DNA of 37,677 nucleotides from a virus (taxonomy: Duplodnaviria; Heunggongvirae; Uroviricota; Caudoviricetes), in the IMG/VR virus record IMGVR_UViG_2579778866_000003; one strand, 5' to 3'. The notes beneath the pieces were generated by a model, which ran no database searches, was not told the origin of the DNA, and saw only the letters and a program-made list of their open reading frames with translations. Position 1 is the stretch's first letter, and the number at the start of each line of letters is the position of its first letter. Made by a program: the position numbers and the translations under genes. Shown here piece after piece: positions 1 through 9,477 of this stretch.

Positions 1-1053
1 TTACGGGGTAATGCCAACCGCTGCCGCCACTTTGTCGCCACTTGGCAGCGTTGCCAGAGGATTGAAACGGAGCGCCGTTTCTAGATGATCCGGTGCCAGA
101 TGTGCGTAACGCATAGTCATTTTTATATCGTGGTGTCCGAGAATTTTTTGTAAGGCCAGAATGTTTCCACCCGACATCATGAAGTGCGCCGCAAACGTAT
201 GGCGCAGAACGTGTGTGAGTTGACCGCGAGGGAGCACGATAGACGTTTTTTCCATCACGGATAAAAATTGAAAATAGCAGTCTGTGAAGAAATTGAACCC
301 ATCAAGCGCCATGATCTCTTCGTAAAGCTCTTTACTGATAGGGATGCTTCTGTTTTTCTTCCCCTTCGTTCTGACAAAGGTAATTCGGTATTTGGTCACC
401 TGTGAGCGGGTAAGATTTACGGCTTCACGCCAGCGTGCGCCTGTGCTTAAGCATATCTTAACTACCAGTGCCAGAATTGGGTCCTGACGTTTGCAATCAG
501 CCAGCAATTCAACAATCTGCTCATGGGTAAGCCATGCCATCTCTTTTTCTGCGATGGTGAATTTTCGCATGTTCTCCAGTGGGTTCGGATACGACCATTC
601 GCCCAGACGGGATAGTTCGCTAAAAACACTACTTAGATAGCTTTGCTCCAGGTTAATGGTGACCGGGCTTGCTCCTTTCTTCCATTTCTCGCTGAAGTAG
701 ATCTCGCCTGTCAGGCGTTTATCTCGATAGTGGGCAAACATTTTAGAGGTGAGATCGGTTGCAAGAGGATTGCCCAGAGCGTCAACCATCAACAGCAATT
801 TGTCATAGACATGCTGCCCAGCTGTCAGAGATTTACCATGTAGTTTGAACCATAGCTCAACCACGTCTTTCAGTGTTCGACGATCCACTGATTCACCCAG
901 CCAGGGCTTTGCTTCGGTTTCTTCCATCGTGTGGCGCTCAAAAGCCAGTGCTTCGCCTTTGGTAGCGAATTGTTTACGCACACGACGCCCACTTCGTCCG
1001 GCGGGGTAACATTCGCAAAGCCATTTCCCTGTTGTTAGTTTTCGTACTGCCAT
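1..1053 (-). CDS. int: Tyrosine integrase (P2/186 Int family)
   Basis: 350 aa; C-terminal catalytic region with HVLRHTF (HxxR) and MRYAHL (catalytic Tyr) motifs; located at the prophage end next to the repressor region. Confidence 0.9.
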   Translation of the reverse strand: MAVRKLTTGKWLCECYPAGRSGRRVRKQFATKGEALAFERHTMEETEAKPWLGESVDRRTLKDVVELWFKLHGKSLTAGQHVYDKLLLMVDALGNPLATDLTSKMFAHYRDKRLTGEIYFSEKWKKGASPVTINLEQSYLSSVFSELSRLGEWSYPNPLENMRKFTIAEKEMAWLTHEQIVELLADCKRQDPILALVVKICLSTGARWREAVNLTRSQVTKYRITFVRTKGKKNRSIPISKELYEEIMALDGFNFFTDCYFQFLSVMEKTSIVLPRGQLTHVLRHTFAAHFMMSGGNILALQKILGHHDIKMTMRYAHLAPDHLETALRFNPLATLPSGDKVAAAVGITP

Positions 1054-1077
1054 AAAAAGCCCTCATATCAGAGGGCT
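1054..1077 (-). terminator. Hairpin (agccctc / gagggct) with T-run on the minus strand, immediately upstream of the int start codon
   Basis: Inverted repeat 1058-1064 / 1071-1077; on the minus strand the stem is followed by TTTTT and then the int ATG (1053-1051); the GAGGG arm could double as the int Shine-Dalgarno. Confidence 0.45.
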
Positions 1078-1135
1078 AAATTTAACTGTATATGTAACCA
1101 GTAATCAATGTGTGATTACTATGAAACATACATTG

Positions 1136-2812
1136 CTAAGCAACATGTAGTTCATCGTTGGCGGAAGTGGCTGCTTTGCGCTCCTGCTCAATAGATAGAG
1201 ACTCTCTATATTCTTTCGCCTCTGCAAACATTGTCCAGTGGGCGTTGATGTTCATGTCTTCAATAACTGATTTGATTTCTTTTAAATTTACGTTAAAAAA
1301 CTCTTTTCGTGAGTTAATTTTATTGACCTGCTTTTCGTTGAAAACTTTATGCAGATGGTTTTCTAATGATGGTGCATCATCACTATAAATCATCGCATGA
1401 ACATCGAACGAAAAAGGAACACTAGCATCTCCGAGTTCACGAACACGATCAAGTGGTTCAAGGCGGCGTGTCATTCCAATTTTATATACATCTTCGCCAA
1501 ATGAACCAATATTACTAATGATATAGACGTGGCCTGATCTGGTTTGTTGAGCCATAGAAATAGCTCGTTGATTTTTAGCTTCAGCTTCTTCATATTTTAA
1601 CTGTAGTTCAGCTATTTTTTGCTCTAAAGCTAAGCGTTGTTCTTCATTTGCAAGCATAAGTTCTTTCGTTGCTTTATTTATAGCTTGCTGAATAGCTTTT
1701 TCTTCTTTTTCAGCTTCTTTTATCGCTTTTTCATATTCTCTACGAGCTCTTTCCTCTTCACGAAGCTGTTCTTTAATCCTTCTTTGCTCTTCTTTTTCTT
1801 CGAGCATAATTTCATTAACTGCTACACCCCATTTTAGCTCGTTGAGTCTTGCCTGAAGATAGATGTCACTTATTTTTGCGGACCTAAAGGCAGAGCCATT
1901 GTAATTTACTAGTTGAAATGCATCTTTTATTTCTTGGGAAAGTTTTCCAAAATTGTTGTGTTTGACTTTTGATAAAATACTGTCAACTCTTCCATTGAAG
2001 GCATCCAAAACAAAGTTTATGGCAGTATTACGCCTGTTTTGCTCAACATAATCACACGAAGCAGCTTTATTAGTTTTTATTAATGATTTGGTTAACTCTC
2101 TGGCTTTTTGTAATTCCTTGCCTGCATCTGTAAATTCATAATTTTCTGCCAGCTCATCAAGTACACTACGGTTAGGGATGATCCATTCATCACCATAACC
2201 TTCAATTTTATTTTTCATTGATTTTGCAACTGCTTCATATTTTTCTGCAAACTCTTTAGCTTCATATGCTGAACCAGCAATCTCCTTTGCTCTTTCTTCT
2301 GCATCAGAAATAATTTTTACTGCATTGTCATTAGCATTTGAGATTAGCTCATTTGCTTTATTATTAGCATTATCAAGACGTTCTTTGGCTTTCAGGCGTG
2401 CATCGCGAGCGTCTTTGGTGATTGCTATAGCTTCGCTATTAGCGTTGCTTATTGTCATCTGAGCTTGATAATTTGCTTCGTTTACTGTTTTAGCCGCCTT
2501 AATTTGGGCTTCATCTATTTTTTGCTTGGCTATTGAGTCCGCATTTTTTATCTTATTCTCTGCATCCATTACTGCGCTGTGCAATTCTTCGTATTGCCAC
2601 AATGGTGCTGCTCGCCCTTCAAGCTCTGATAATTCTCGTACGGTCTGTGCTAGTTTTTCTTGATTTTCAATCAGTTGGTTAGAAAGGGCTATGTTGTTAG
2701 CTGTCAGGTTATCTATAGCCGCTTTGTGTTTTTTACTTTGTTTAAATAATATTACAGCTAGAACAGGGGCGAGAAATGCTAATAAGAGTATAACGATGGC
2801 AAATGAATTCAT
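1136..2812 (-). CDS. Accessory membrane-anchored coiled-coil protein with C-terminal T5orf172 (GIY-YIG-like) domain, DUF4041-type architecture
   Basis: 558 aa; N-terminal hydrophobic helix (FAIVILLLAFLAPVLAVILF); long Ala/Lys/Glu/Asn-rich coiled-coil; C-terminal GHVYIISNIGSFGEDVYKIGMTRRLEPLDRVRELG motif; AAGGA Shine-Dalgarno 7 nt before the ATG; visibly AT-rich. Confidence 0.75.
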   Translation of the reverse strand: MNSFAIVILLLAFLAPVLAVILFKQSKKHKAAIDNLTANNIALSNQLIENQEKLAQTVRELSELEGRAAPLWQYEELHSAVMDAENKIKNADSIAKQKIDEAQIKAAKTVNEANYQAQMTISNANSEAIAITKDARDARLKAKERLDNANNKANELISNANDNAVKIISDAEERAKEIAGSAYEAKEFAEKYEAVAKSMKNKIEGYGDEWIIPNRSVLDELAENYEFTDAGKELQKARELTKSLIKTNKAASCDYVEQNRRNTAINFVLDAFNGRVDSILSKVKHNNFGKLSQEIKDAFQLVNYNGSAFRSAKISDIYLQARLNELKWGVAVNEIMLEEKEEQRRIKEQLREEERARREYEKAIKEAEKEEKAIQQAINKATKELMLANEEQRLALEQKIAELQLKYEEAEAKNQRAISMAQQTRSGHVYIISNIGSFGEDVYKIGMTRRLEPLDRVRELGDASVPFSFDVHAMIYSDDAPSLENHLHKVFNEKQVNKINSRKEFFNVNLKEIKSVIEDMNINAHWTMFAEAKEYRESLSIEQERKAATSANDELHVA

Positions 2813-2832
2813 TTTAAAATCCTTTTACTATA

Positions 2833-3429
2833 TTAATTCGAGACTATTGTACTTCTTATACAAGCAACCACTTCAATATCAGAAAATGCACATTCAAAGC
2901 TATTCTCTGCTGTTGTAATTTTAATCATTCCTTTAGGAAGCCTTGTGATTTTTCGAATGGAATAGGTTCCGTCGATATTGATTAACCAGTTTCCATCAAG
3001 TACTTCAGAAAATTTTTGATCACAAATGTATGTGACGAGTCCATCCTGAACAACAATTGGTGATGAAAGGTTTGCAGGAAGAAATGATGAATCGAAGACA
3101 TATGAACCGTCTTCAATCATTTTGCCTGCGGCAAGGCGAAACTTAACAAGCTCTTCTGTAGCTGCTGTCAGCGAGCTTTGCTTAAGGCCTTGTCCGGTAG
3201 TTAACCATTTGAGGGAGGTTCCTGTTTCAAGAGCACATTGGATTATCCAGTCAGCAGGAAATGTATCCCGCAAATACCTGTTCGCTAGTGTGCTTTTTGA
3301 TACTTCCAAGTGATCAGCTAAAGCCTGTCGTGTCGTAAAGCCATAGGCTTCGACTAATCGCTCAATCGCAGCCTTACCACCTTTATTGGGATTTATTTTG
3401 ATCTCACTTGGGTACTTTGATGTTGGCAT
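2833..3429 (-). CDS. cI: CI-type immunity repressor (186 CI-like)
   Basis: 198 aa; N-terminal segment LADHLEVSKSTLANRYLRDTFPADWIIQCALETGTSLKWLTTGQG resembles the phage CI repressor HTH family; divergent from the apl/cII lytic operon. Confidence 0.7.
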   Translation of the reverse strand: MPTSKYPSEIKINPNKGGKAAIERLVEAYGFTTRQALADHLEVSKSTLANRYLRDTFPADWIIQCALETGTSLKWLTTGQGLKQSSLTAATEELVKFRLAAGKMIEDGSYVFDSSFLPANLSSPIVVQDGLVTYICDQKFSEVLDGNWLINIDGTYSIRKITRLPKGMIKITTAENSFECAFSDIEVVACIRSTIVSN

Positions 3430-3524
3430 ATCTCTTTTGCGATCCTAGTATCAGTTTTGTACCCAATTGGGTACTTGTCACGATTACTACAGGCTCACCA
3501 CAAGCCAATAGGAGATGTTGCATC
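3408..3524. promoter_or_regulatory. Lysis-lysogeny switch region with operator-like palindrome GTACCCAATTGGGTAC
   Basis: Perfect 16-bp palindrome at 3459-3474; additional TTGGGTAC half-site copy at 3408-3415; candidate rightward promoter TTGGCA (3423-3428) and TAGTAT (3445-3450). Confidence 0.4.
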
Positions 3525-3746
3525 ATGACCCCTAACATTTCAATAACTCTGAATACGCCACACGTCACAATCGAGCGTTATAGCGAACTTACTGGTCTTT
3601 CAATCGACACAATCAACGATATGTTGGCGGATGGTCGCATTCCTCGGCATCGTCTTCGTAAAGACAAGAAAAGAGAAAAGGTAATGATCAACCTTGCTGC
3701 TCTTACCGTTGATGCACTTACTGATTGCAATGTTGTATTCAACTAG
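3525..3746 (+). CDS. apl: Apl/Cox-like excisionase and transcriptional regulator
   Basis: 73 aa starting MTPNISITL; AGGAG Shine-Dalgarno at 3510-3514; first gene of the rightward operon opposite cI. The longer ORF beginning at 3408 is probably over-extended. Confidence 0.55.
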   Translation: MTPNISITLNTPHVTIERYSELTGLSIDTINDMLADGRIPRHRLRKDKKREKVMINLAALTVDALTDCNVVFN

Positions 3747-3778
3747 TTCCATTTTGGGATACATCAGAGGTGTCGACC

Positions 3779-4288
3779 ATGTTTGATTACCAAGTTTCCA
3801 AACATCCACATTTTGATGAAGCCTGTCGTGCATTCGCACTGCGCCACAATCTGGTGCAACTGGCAGAACGTGCGGGCATGAATGTGCAGATTCTGCGGAA
3901 CAAGCTGAACCCAGCTCAACCTCATTTATTAACCGCACCAGAAATCTGGCTGCTTACCGATCTGACTGAAGATTCAACGTTGGTAGATGGTTTTCTGGCA
4001 CAGATTCATTGTCTGCCATGTGTACCGATTAATGAGGTAGCAAAAGAGAAACTGCCGCATTACGTCATGAGCGCAACTGCAGAGATCGGGCGTGTTGCAG
4101 CAGGTGCGGTATCTGGTGATGTAAAAACTAGTGCCGGTCGTCGTGATGCTATCAGCAGCATTAACTCTGTAACACGACTGATGGCGCTGGCTGCTGTTTC
4201 ATTGCAAGCCCGTTTACAGGCTAATCCTGCGATGGCGAGTGCAGTTGATACCATGACTGGCCTTGGTGCTTCATTCGGTTTGCTGTGA
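3779..4288 (+). CDS. cII: CII-like lysogeny establishment regulator
   Basis: Start at [45 protein letters not shown] with AGAGG Shine-Dalgarno; HTH-like N-terminus; position after apl as in 186. Confidence 0.6.
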   Translation: MFDYQVSKHPHFDEACRAFALRHNLVQLAERAGMNVQILRNKLNPAQPHLLTAPEIWLLTDLTEDSTLVDGFLAQIHCLPCVPINEVAKEKLPHYVMSATAEIGRVAAGAVSGDVKTSAGRRDAISSINSVTRLMALAAVSLQARLQANPAMASAVDTMTGLGASFGLL

Positions 4289-4295
4289 GGTGTTT

Positions 4296-4592
4296 ATGCT
4301 GACGAAAGAACCATCATTTGCATCGCTGCTGGTAAAACAAAGCCCGGCAATGCACTACGGTCACGGCTGGATCACGGGTGAGGATGGAAAACGCTGGCAT
4401 CCATGTCATTCACAAGATGAATTGCTGTCTGAATTGACCACGAGGAAACGGAGAAAGTCCAAATGTATGCGGCAGAAAGTGAAGTGGTTTATCAGTTTCG
4501 TTACAGAGGGGAGAGTTATTCAGTACCTGAAGATGATTTGCTCTGTTGCTATCCGTCATTGTCGGGCGATGGCAGTTACTTTTTCACGTTAA
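4296..4592 (+). CDS. Hypothetical early protein (start and extent uncertain)
   Basis: ORF with GAGGTG Shine-Dalgarno before ATG 4296; overlaps the next ORF by about 130 nt. Confidence 0.3.
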   Translation: MLTKEPSFASLLVKQSPAMHYGHGWITGEDGKRWHPCHSQDELLSELTTRKRRKSKCMRQKVKWFISFVTEGRVIQYLKMICSVAIRHCRAMAVTFSR

Positions 4593-4687
4593 AGGATGGG
4601 ACGTTTTTACGGGGAGAGCAGGTTAAAGAGACGATACGAAAAAATGTATCTCCTCTTGAGCGTTACCGTAAGAACAAAGAACGATAG
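4463..4687 (+). CDS. Hypothetical early protein
   Basis: 74-aa ORF with GGAGA Shine-Dalgarno before the ATG; protein-like composition; overlaps the 4296 ORF in another frame. Confidence 0.35.
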   Translation: MYAAESEVVYQFRYRGESYSVPEDDLLCCYPSLSGDGSYFFTLKDGTFLRGEQVKETIRKNVSPLERYRKNKER

Positions 4688-4709
4688 CTGCGTTTGGGGG
4701 ATATGAAGT

Positions 4710-5051
4710 ATGGCAATTAATGGCGCTGCAGCAACTGTTCCATTAAGCCCCGGTGAACGCCTGAATGGACTTAATCACATTGCGGAGTTAAGGGCGAAAG
4801 TTTTTGGCCTGAATATTGAGTCAGAGCTTGAGCGGTTTATTAAAGATATGCGTGATCCACGGGATATCAATAATGAACAAAATAAACGGGCACTGGCTGC
4901 CATATTCTTTATGGCAAAAATTCCAGCTGAACGTCATAGCATCAGCATTAATGAGCTGACCACTGACGAAAAGCGGGAGCTGATTAAAGCAATGAATCAT
5001 TTTCGTGCAGTGGTGAGCTTATTTCCCAGACGGCTAACCATGCCGAATTAA
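4710..5051 (+). CDS. Hypothetical early protein
   Basis: 113-aa ORF in the early operon, same strand, no overlap with neighbours. Confidence 0.5.
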   Translation: MAINGAAATVPLSPGERLNGLNHIAELRAKVFGLNIESELERFIKDMRDPRDINNEQNKRALAAIFFMAKIPAERHSISINELTTDEKRELIKAMNHFRAVVSLFPRRLTMPN

Positions 5052-5118
5052 CCAACTAATGAAATTAATGGCGTAAACCCGCCGGGCATCCCTTTATCTA
5101 AATTCAGGAGAATTGATT

Positions 5119-5352
5119 ATGCGTAATATTGAAACCCTCACGACTAAAACCGGACCGGATGACGCAGGGCTTAATATTTTACTGACAGAGGCTCGTCTGG
5201 AAGAACGCCGGGCAAGGGCTGAAGCAATGGCTGCTCGCCTTGATAGCCTGGCGTGTCATATCTCATCCCGCCAGCTAAACCACGTGGAAGCGGCAGAACT
5301 GCTGCGCGTGACTGCTGAAGCAATCCAGAACGAAGCGCAGGAGATCCACTAA
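5119..5352 (+). CDS. Hypothetical early protein
   Basis: ATG at 5119 preceded by AGGAG (5106-5110); 77 aa. Confidence 0.5.
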   Translation: MRNIETLTTKTGPDDAGLNILLTEARLEERRARAEAMAARLDSLACHISSRQLNHVEAAELLRVTAEAIQNEAQEIH

Positions 5353-5579
5353 TGGCTGATGCAATGGATCTCGTACAGCAGCGCGTTGAAGAAGAACGCC
5401 AGCGCCATATCCGTGCAGCCCGTGCCAAATCACCGGGCGTGTCACGCGTACTTTGCATTGAATGTGAAGCGCCAATTCCGCCAGCACGACGCCGCGCCAT
5501 TCCGGGAGTGCAGCTTTGCATTACCTGTCAGGAAATCGCAGAACTGAAAGGCAAACATTACAACGGAGGTGCTGTATGA
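5352..5579 (+). CDS. TraR/DksA-family C4 zinc-finger protein
   Basis: 75 aa with CIECEAPIP ... CITCQ (CxxC-N17-CxxC) pattern; AGGAG Shine-Dalgarno. Confidence 0.7.
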   Translation: MADAMDLVQQRVEEERQRHIRAARAKSPGVSRVLCIECEAPIPPARRRAIPGVQLCITCQEIAELKGKHYNGGAV

Positions 5580-6433
5580 GCACTATCCTGAAATGGGCGG
5601 GAAATAAAACCGCCATTATGCCAGAACTGAAAAAATACCTTCCTGCTGGCCCGCGACTGGTTGAACCTTTCGCGGGTTCCTGTGCTGTGATGATGGAAAC
5701 GGATTATCCCAGCTATCTGGTTGCGGATATTAATCCTGATTTAATCAACCTCTATAAAAAGGTTGCCGCTGATTGTGAATCGTTTATATCTCGCGCCAGA
5801 GTTTTATTTGAGATCGCAAACAGGGAGGTGGCTTATTACAACATAAGGCAGGAGTTTAACTGCTCAACTGAAATTACTGATTTCATGAAAGCGGTATATT
5901 TCCTGTATCTCAATCGTCACGGTTACCGTGGTTTATGTCGCTATAACAAGAGCGGGCATTTCAACATTCCCTACGGTAATTATAAAAATCCGTATTTCCC
6001 TGAAAAAGAACTTCGCACATTTGCAGAAAAAGCCCAGCGAGCAACGTTTATCTGCGCCAGCTTTGATGAAACGCTGGCGATGTTGAAGGCGGGAGATGTG
6101 GTGTATTGCGATCCGCCATATGACGGTACGTTTTCCGGCTATCACACTGATGGTTTCACTGAAGATGACCAGTATCACCTGGCATCCATTCTTGAACATC
6201 GGTCATCAGAAGGACATCCGGTCATTGTTTCTAACAGTGACACATCCCTGATCCGTTCGCTGTATCGCAATTTTACTCACCACTATATCAAGGTTAAACG
6301 CAGCATCGGTGTGGCAACTGGCGAGGGTAAATCAGCAACAGAAATCATTGCTGTTTCCGGGCCGCGCTGCTGGATGGGATTTGATTATTCGCGTGGCGTG
6401 GATAGTTCTGCCGTGTACGGAGTACGTGCATGA
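5576..6433 (+). CDS. dam: DNA adenine methyltransferase (Dam-like)
   Basis: [12 protein letters not shown]-terminus, FAGSCAV motif I and VYCDPPY (DPPY) motif; GGAGGT Shine-Dalgarno; start overlaps the TraR-like stop. Confidence 0.85.
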   Translation: MSTILKWAGNKTAIMPELKKYLPAGPRLVEPFAGSCAVMMETDYPSYLVADINPDLINLYKKVAADCESFISRARVLFEIANREVAYYNIRQEFNCSTEITDFMKAVYFLYLNRHGYRGLCRYNKSGHFNIPYGNYKNPYFPEKELRTFAEKAQRATFICASFDETLAMLKAGDVVYCDPPYDGTFSGYHTDGFTEDDQYHLASILEHRSSEGHPVIVSNSDTSLIRSLYRNFTHHYIKVKRSIGVATGEGKSATEIIAVSGPRCWMGFDYSRGVDSSAVYGVRA

Positions 6434-8844
6434 GTCATGCCGATATGAACAACTGCTGCGGCTTTAACGAGGCTGCCGCAGCATTCTCATGGAACAGCCC
6501 GAAAAAGGCCATTAACCCTTATCTGGACCCGGCGGAAGTTGCGCCGGTTTCTACGCTTTCAAACCTGATCACTCTGTACGCTGCCGATAACGAGCAGGAA
6601 CAGTTGCGCCGCGAGGCACTGAGTGATCAGGTCTGGGAGCGTTATTTCTTTAATGAATCACGTGATCCTGTCCAGCGCGAAATGGAGCAGGATAAGCTCA
6701 TTAGCCGGGCAAAGCTGGCGCATGAGCAGCAGCGTTTTAATTCAGACATGGTCATTCTGGCGGACGTCAACGCCCTGCCTTCCCATATCAGCAAGCCGCT
6801 GATGCAACGTATTGAATACTTCAGCAGCCTGGGCAGGCCAAAGGCTTATTCCCGCTATTTACGTGAGACGATTAAGCCATGTCTGGAACGACTGGAGCAT
6901 GTACGCGACAGTCAGCTATCTGCATCTTTTCGCTTTATGGCAAGCCATGAAGGGCTGGACGGCCTGCTGATCCTGCCTGAAATGAGTCAGGATCAGGTGA
7001 AACGCCTGTCCACCCTGGTAGCTGCGCATATGAGTATGTGCCTTGATGCAGCTTGTGGTGATTTGTATGCCACCGATGACGTTAAGCCAGAAGAAATCCG
7101 CAAGACATGGGAAAAGGTGGCAGCGGAAACCCTGCGTCTGGATGTCATCCCACCTGCGTTTGAGCAACTCCGTCGGAAAAGAAACCGCCGTAAACCCGTG
7201 CCCTATGAACTCATTCCGGGTTCGCTGGCGCGTATGTTGTGCGCCGACTGGTGGTATCGGAAATTATGGAAGATGCGTTGCGAATGGCGGGAAGAGCAGT
7301 TGCGCGCTGTTTGCCTGGTCAGCAAAAAAGCATCTCCTTATGTCAGCTATGAAGCCGTGATGCATAAACGTGAGCAGCGCCGTAAGTCGCTGGAGTTTTT
7401 CCGTTCTCATGAACTGGTGAACGAAGACGGCGACACGCTGGACATGGAGGATGTGGTAAACGCCAGCAGCAGCAACCCTGCGCATCGCCGCAATGAGATG
7501 ATGGCCTGTGTTAAAGGTCTGGAGCTTATTGCGGAAATGCGCGGTGACTGCGCCGTTTTCTACACTATCACCTGTCCGTCGCGTTTCCATTCCACGCTAA
7601 ATAACGGCAGACCAAACCCGACCTGGACAAACGCGACGGTAAGACAAAGCAGCGATTATCTGGTCGGCATGTTTGCTGCATTTCGTAAGGCGATGCACAA
7701 AGCCGGGTTGCGCTGGTATGGCGTGCGGGTGGCTGAGCCGCATCATGATGGCACAGTTCACTGGCACCTGTTGTGTTTCATGCGCAAAAAAGACCGCCGT
7801 GCCATCACTGCATTACTGCGTAAGTTTGCCATCCGTGAAGACCGCGAGGAGCTGGGCAATAACACTGGGCCGCGCTTTAAGTCTGAGTTGATTAACCCGC
7901 GCAAAGGAACGCCGACAAGCTACATCGCGAAATATATCAGTAAGAACATTGACGGTCGTGGTCTGGCTGGCGAGATCAGCAAGGAAACGGGTAAATCTCT
8001 GCGTGATAACGCTGAATACGTGAATGCCTGGGCGTCTCTGCATCGTGTTCAGCAATTCCGCTTCTTTGGTATTCCGGGGCGTCAGGCTTACCGTGAACTT
8101 CGCTTGCTGGCTGGTCAGGCGGCAAGGCAACAGGGTGACAAAAAAGCAGGTGCGCCGGTACTGGATAACCCGCGTCTTGATGCCATTCTGGCTGCTGCTG
8201 ATGCTGGTTGTTTTGCCACCTACATCATGAAGCAGGGCGGCGTACTGGTTCCCCGTAAATATCACCTCATCAGAACCGCTTATGAAATCAACGAAGAGCC
8301 GACCGCCTATGGCGATCACGGCATTCGTATTTATGGCATCTGGTCACCCATTGCAGAGGGCAAGATCTGCACCCATGCAGTGAAGTGGAAAATGGTTCGT
8401 AAAGCCGTTGACGTTCAGGAGGCGGCAGCCGACCAGGGCGCTTGCGCCCCTTGGACTCGTGGCAATAACTGTCCCCTTGCTGAAAATTTGAACCAACAGG
8501 AGAAAGATAAATCAGCTGATGGGGACATCAGAACGGACATTACCCGCATGGATGACAAGGAGTTGCACGATTACCTGCACAGTATGAGCAAAAAAGAGCG
8601 CCGGGAACTGGCTGCAAGGTTACGCCTGGTTAAACCGAAACGGCGTAAAGACTACAAACAGCGAATTACAGACCATCAGCGACTGCAGCTCGTCTATGAG
8701 CTGAAGTCCAGAGGATTTGATGGTAGCGAGAAAGAGGTCGATTTACTCCTTCGCGGCGGCAGTATTCCGTCAGGAGCAGGCCTGCGTATCTTCTATCGGA
8801 ACCAGCGTTTGCAGGAAGATGATAAGTGGCGGAACCTGTATTAA
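6430..8844 (+). CDS. A: Replication initiation endonuclease (P2 gpA-like)
   Basis: 804-aa protein at the P2 A position; start overlaps the dam stop. Confidence 0.8.
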   Translation: MSHADMNNCCGFNEAAAAFSWNSPKKAINPYLDPAEVAPVSTLSNLITLYAADNEQEQLRREALSDQVWERYFFNESRDPVQREMEQDKLISRAKLAHEQQRFNSDMVILADVNALPSHISKPLMQRIEYFSSLGRPKAYSRYLRETIKPCLERLEHVRDSQLSASFRFMASHEGLDGLLILPEMSQDQVKRLSTLVAAHMSMCLDAACGDLYATDDVKPEEIRKTWEKVAAETLRLDVIPPAFEQLRRKRNRRKPVPYELIPGSLARMLCADWWYRKLWKMRCEWREEQLRAVCLVSKKASPYVSYEAVMHKREQRRKSLEFFRSHELVNEDGDTLDMEDVVNASSSNPAHRRNEMMACVKGLELIAEMRGDCAVFYTITCPSRFHSTLNNGRPNPTWTNATVRQSSDYLVGMFAAFRKAMHKAGLRWYGVRVAEPHHDGTVHWHLLCFMRKKDRRAITALLRKFAIREDREELGNNTGPRFKSELINPRKGTPTSYIAKYISKNIDGRGLAGEISKETGKSLRDNAEYVNAWASLHRVQQFRFFGIPGRQAYRELRLLAGQAARQQGDKKAGAPVLDNPRLDAILAAADAGCFATYIMKQGGVLVPRKYHLIRTAYEINEEPTAYGDHGIRIYGIWSPIAEGKICTHAVKWKMVRKAVDVQEAAADQGACAPWTRGNNCPLAENLNQQEKDKSADGDIRTDITRMDDKELHDYLHSMSKKERRELAARLRLVKPKRRKDYKQRITDHQRLQLVYELKSRGFDGSEKEVDLLLRGGSIPSGAGLRIFYRNQRLQEDDKWRNLY

Positions 8845-8936
8845 TTACGCGGGTTAACAATTCGTGCTCTTAATAATACCAGGCATATCAGGCTGATGAA
8901 CGTAAAAAAACGTTTTACATCAGTAAGATTATTATA

Positions 8937-8956
8937 TACTGTAAATATAAACAGTG
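8937..8956 (+). promoter_or_regulatory. LexA (SOS) box TACTGTAAATATAAACAGTG
   Basis: CTGT-N8-ACAG with AT-rich spacer, matching the E. coli LexA consensus TACTGTATATATATACAGTA at most positions; lies 40 bp upstream of the small ORF / DinI-like pair. Confidence 0.6.
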
Positions 8957-8996
8957 GTTATGTATACAGTATTGCTTTGGTGTCATAGGAGGAAAG

Positions 8997-9185
8997 ATGC
9001 AGGACTATTTTTTGGAGTCTTTGAAGCTCCAGCGCATTGATTTTTTTCTTAAGCTTGTAGCGACTAGTGAGTGTAGTGATGAAGAGAAGGGGCTGGCTTT
9101 GCAGTGGGTTTCTGAACTAACAGATGAACTCATGGCAAAAATCAGAACCCACGAATACAACCGCTCAATGGATGTCATCAGTTGA
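8997..9185 (+). CDS. Small SOS-controlled protein, possible N-terminal part of a Tum-like antirepressor
   Basis: 62-aa ORF with strong GGAGGAAAG Shine-Dalgarno; directly downstream of the LexA box and upstream of the DinI-like ORF. Confidence 0.5.
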   Translation: MQDYFLESLKLQRIDFFLKLVATSECSDEEKGLALQWVSELTDELMAKIRTHEYNRSMDVIS

Positions 9186-9196
9186 GGTGACTTTTT

Positions 9197-9430
9197 ATGC
9201 GCATTGAAATAATGATCGATAAAGAGCAGAAGATTAGCCAGTCTACCCTGGACGCCCTTGAATCCGAGCTTTACCGCAATCTGCGCCCCCTGTATCCCAA
9301 AACGGTAATTCGTATCCGCAAAGGTAGCTCTAACGGTGTGGAACTTACCGGATTGCAACTGGACGAAGAAAGAAAACAAGTGATGAAAATTATGCAGAAG
9401 GTGTGGGAAGACGACAGCTGGCTGCATTAA
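9197..9430 (+). CDS. DinI-family protein (Tum/DinI-like)
   Basis: 77 aa, MRIEIMIDKEQKISQSTLDALESELYRNLRPLYP ... KVWEDDSWL matches the DinI family pattern; GAGGTG Shine-Dalgarno. Confidence 0.75.
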   Translation: MRIEIMIDKEQKISQSTLDALESELYRNLRPLYPKTVIRIRKGSSNGVELTGLQLDEERKQVMKIMQKVWEDDSWLH

Positions 9431-9438
9431 GAAACGTT

Positions 9439-9477
9439 GCCCCCAAGAGGATTCATTCTGATGGGGGCTAGTTTTGG
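9439..9477 (+). terminator. Hairpin GCCCCCA / TGGGGGC followed by T-rich tail
   Basis: 7-bp GC-rich stem 9439-9445 / 9462-9468 followed by TAGTTTTGG; just after the DinI-like stop. The loop is long. Confidence 0.4.

Noticed and set aside
3600-3938. 112-aa ORF on the minus strand across apl/cII
   Set aside because: Antisense to the apl and cII genes, which have good ribosome-binding sites and expected positions.
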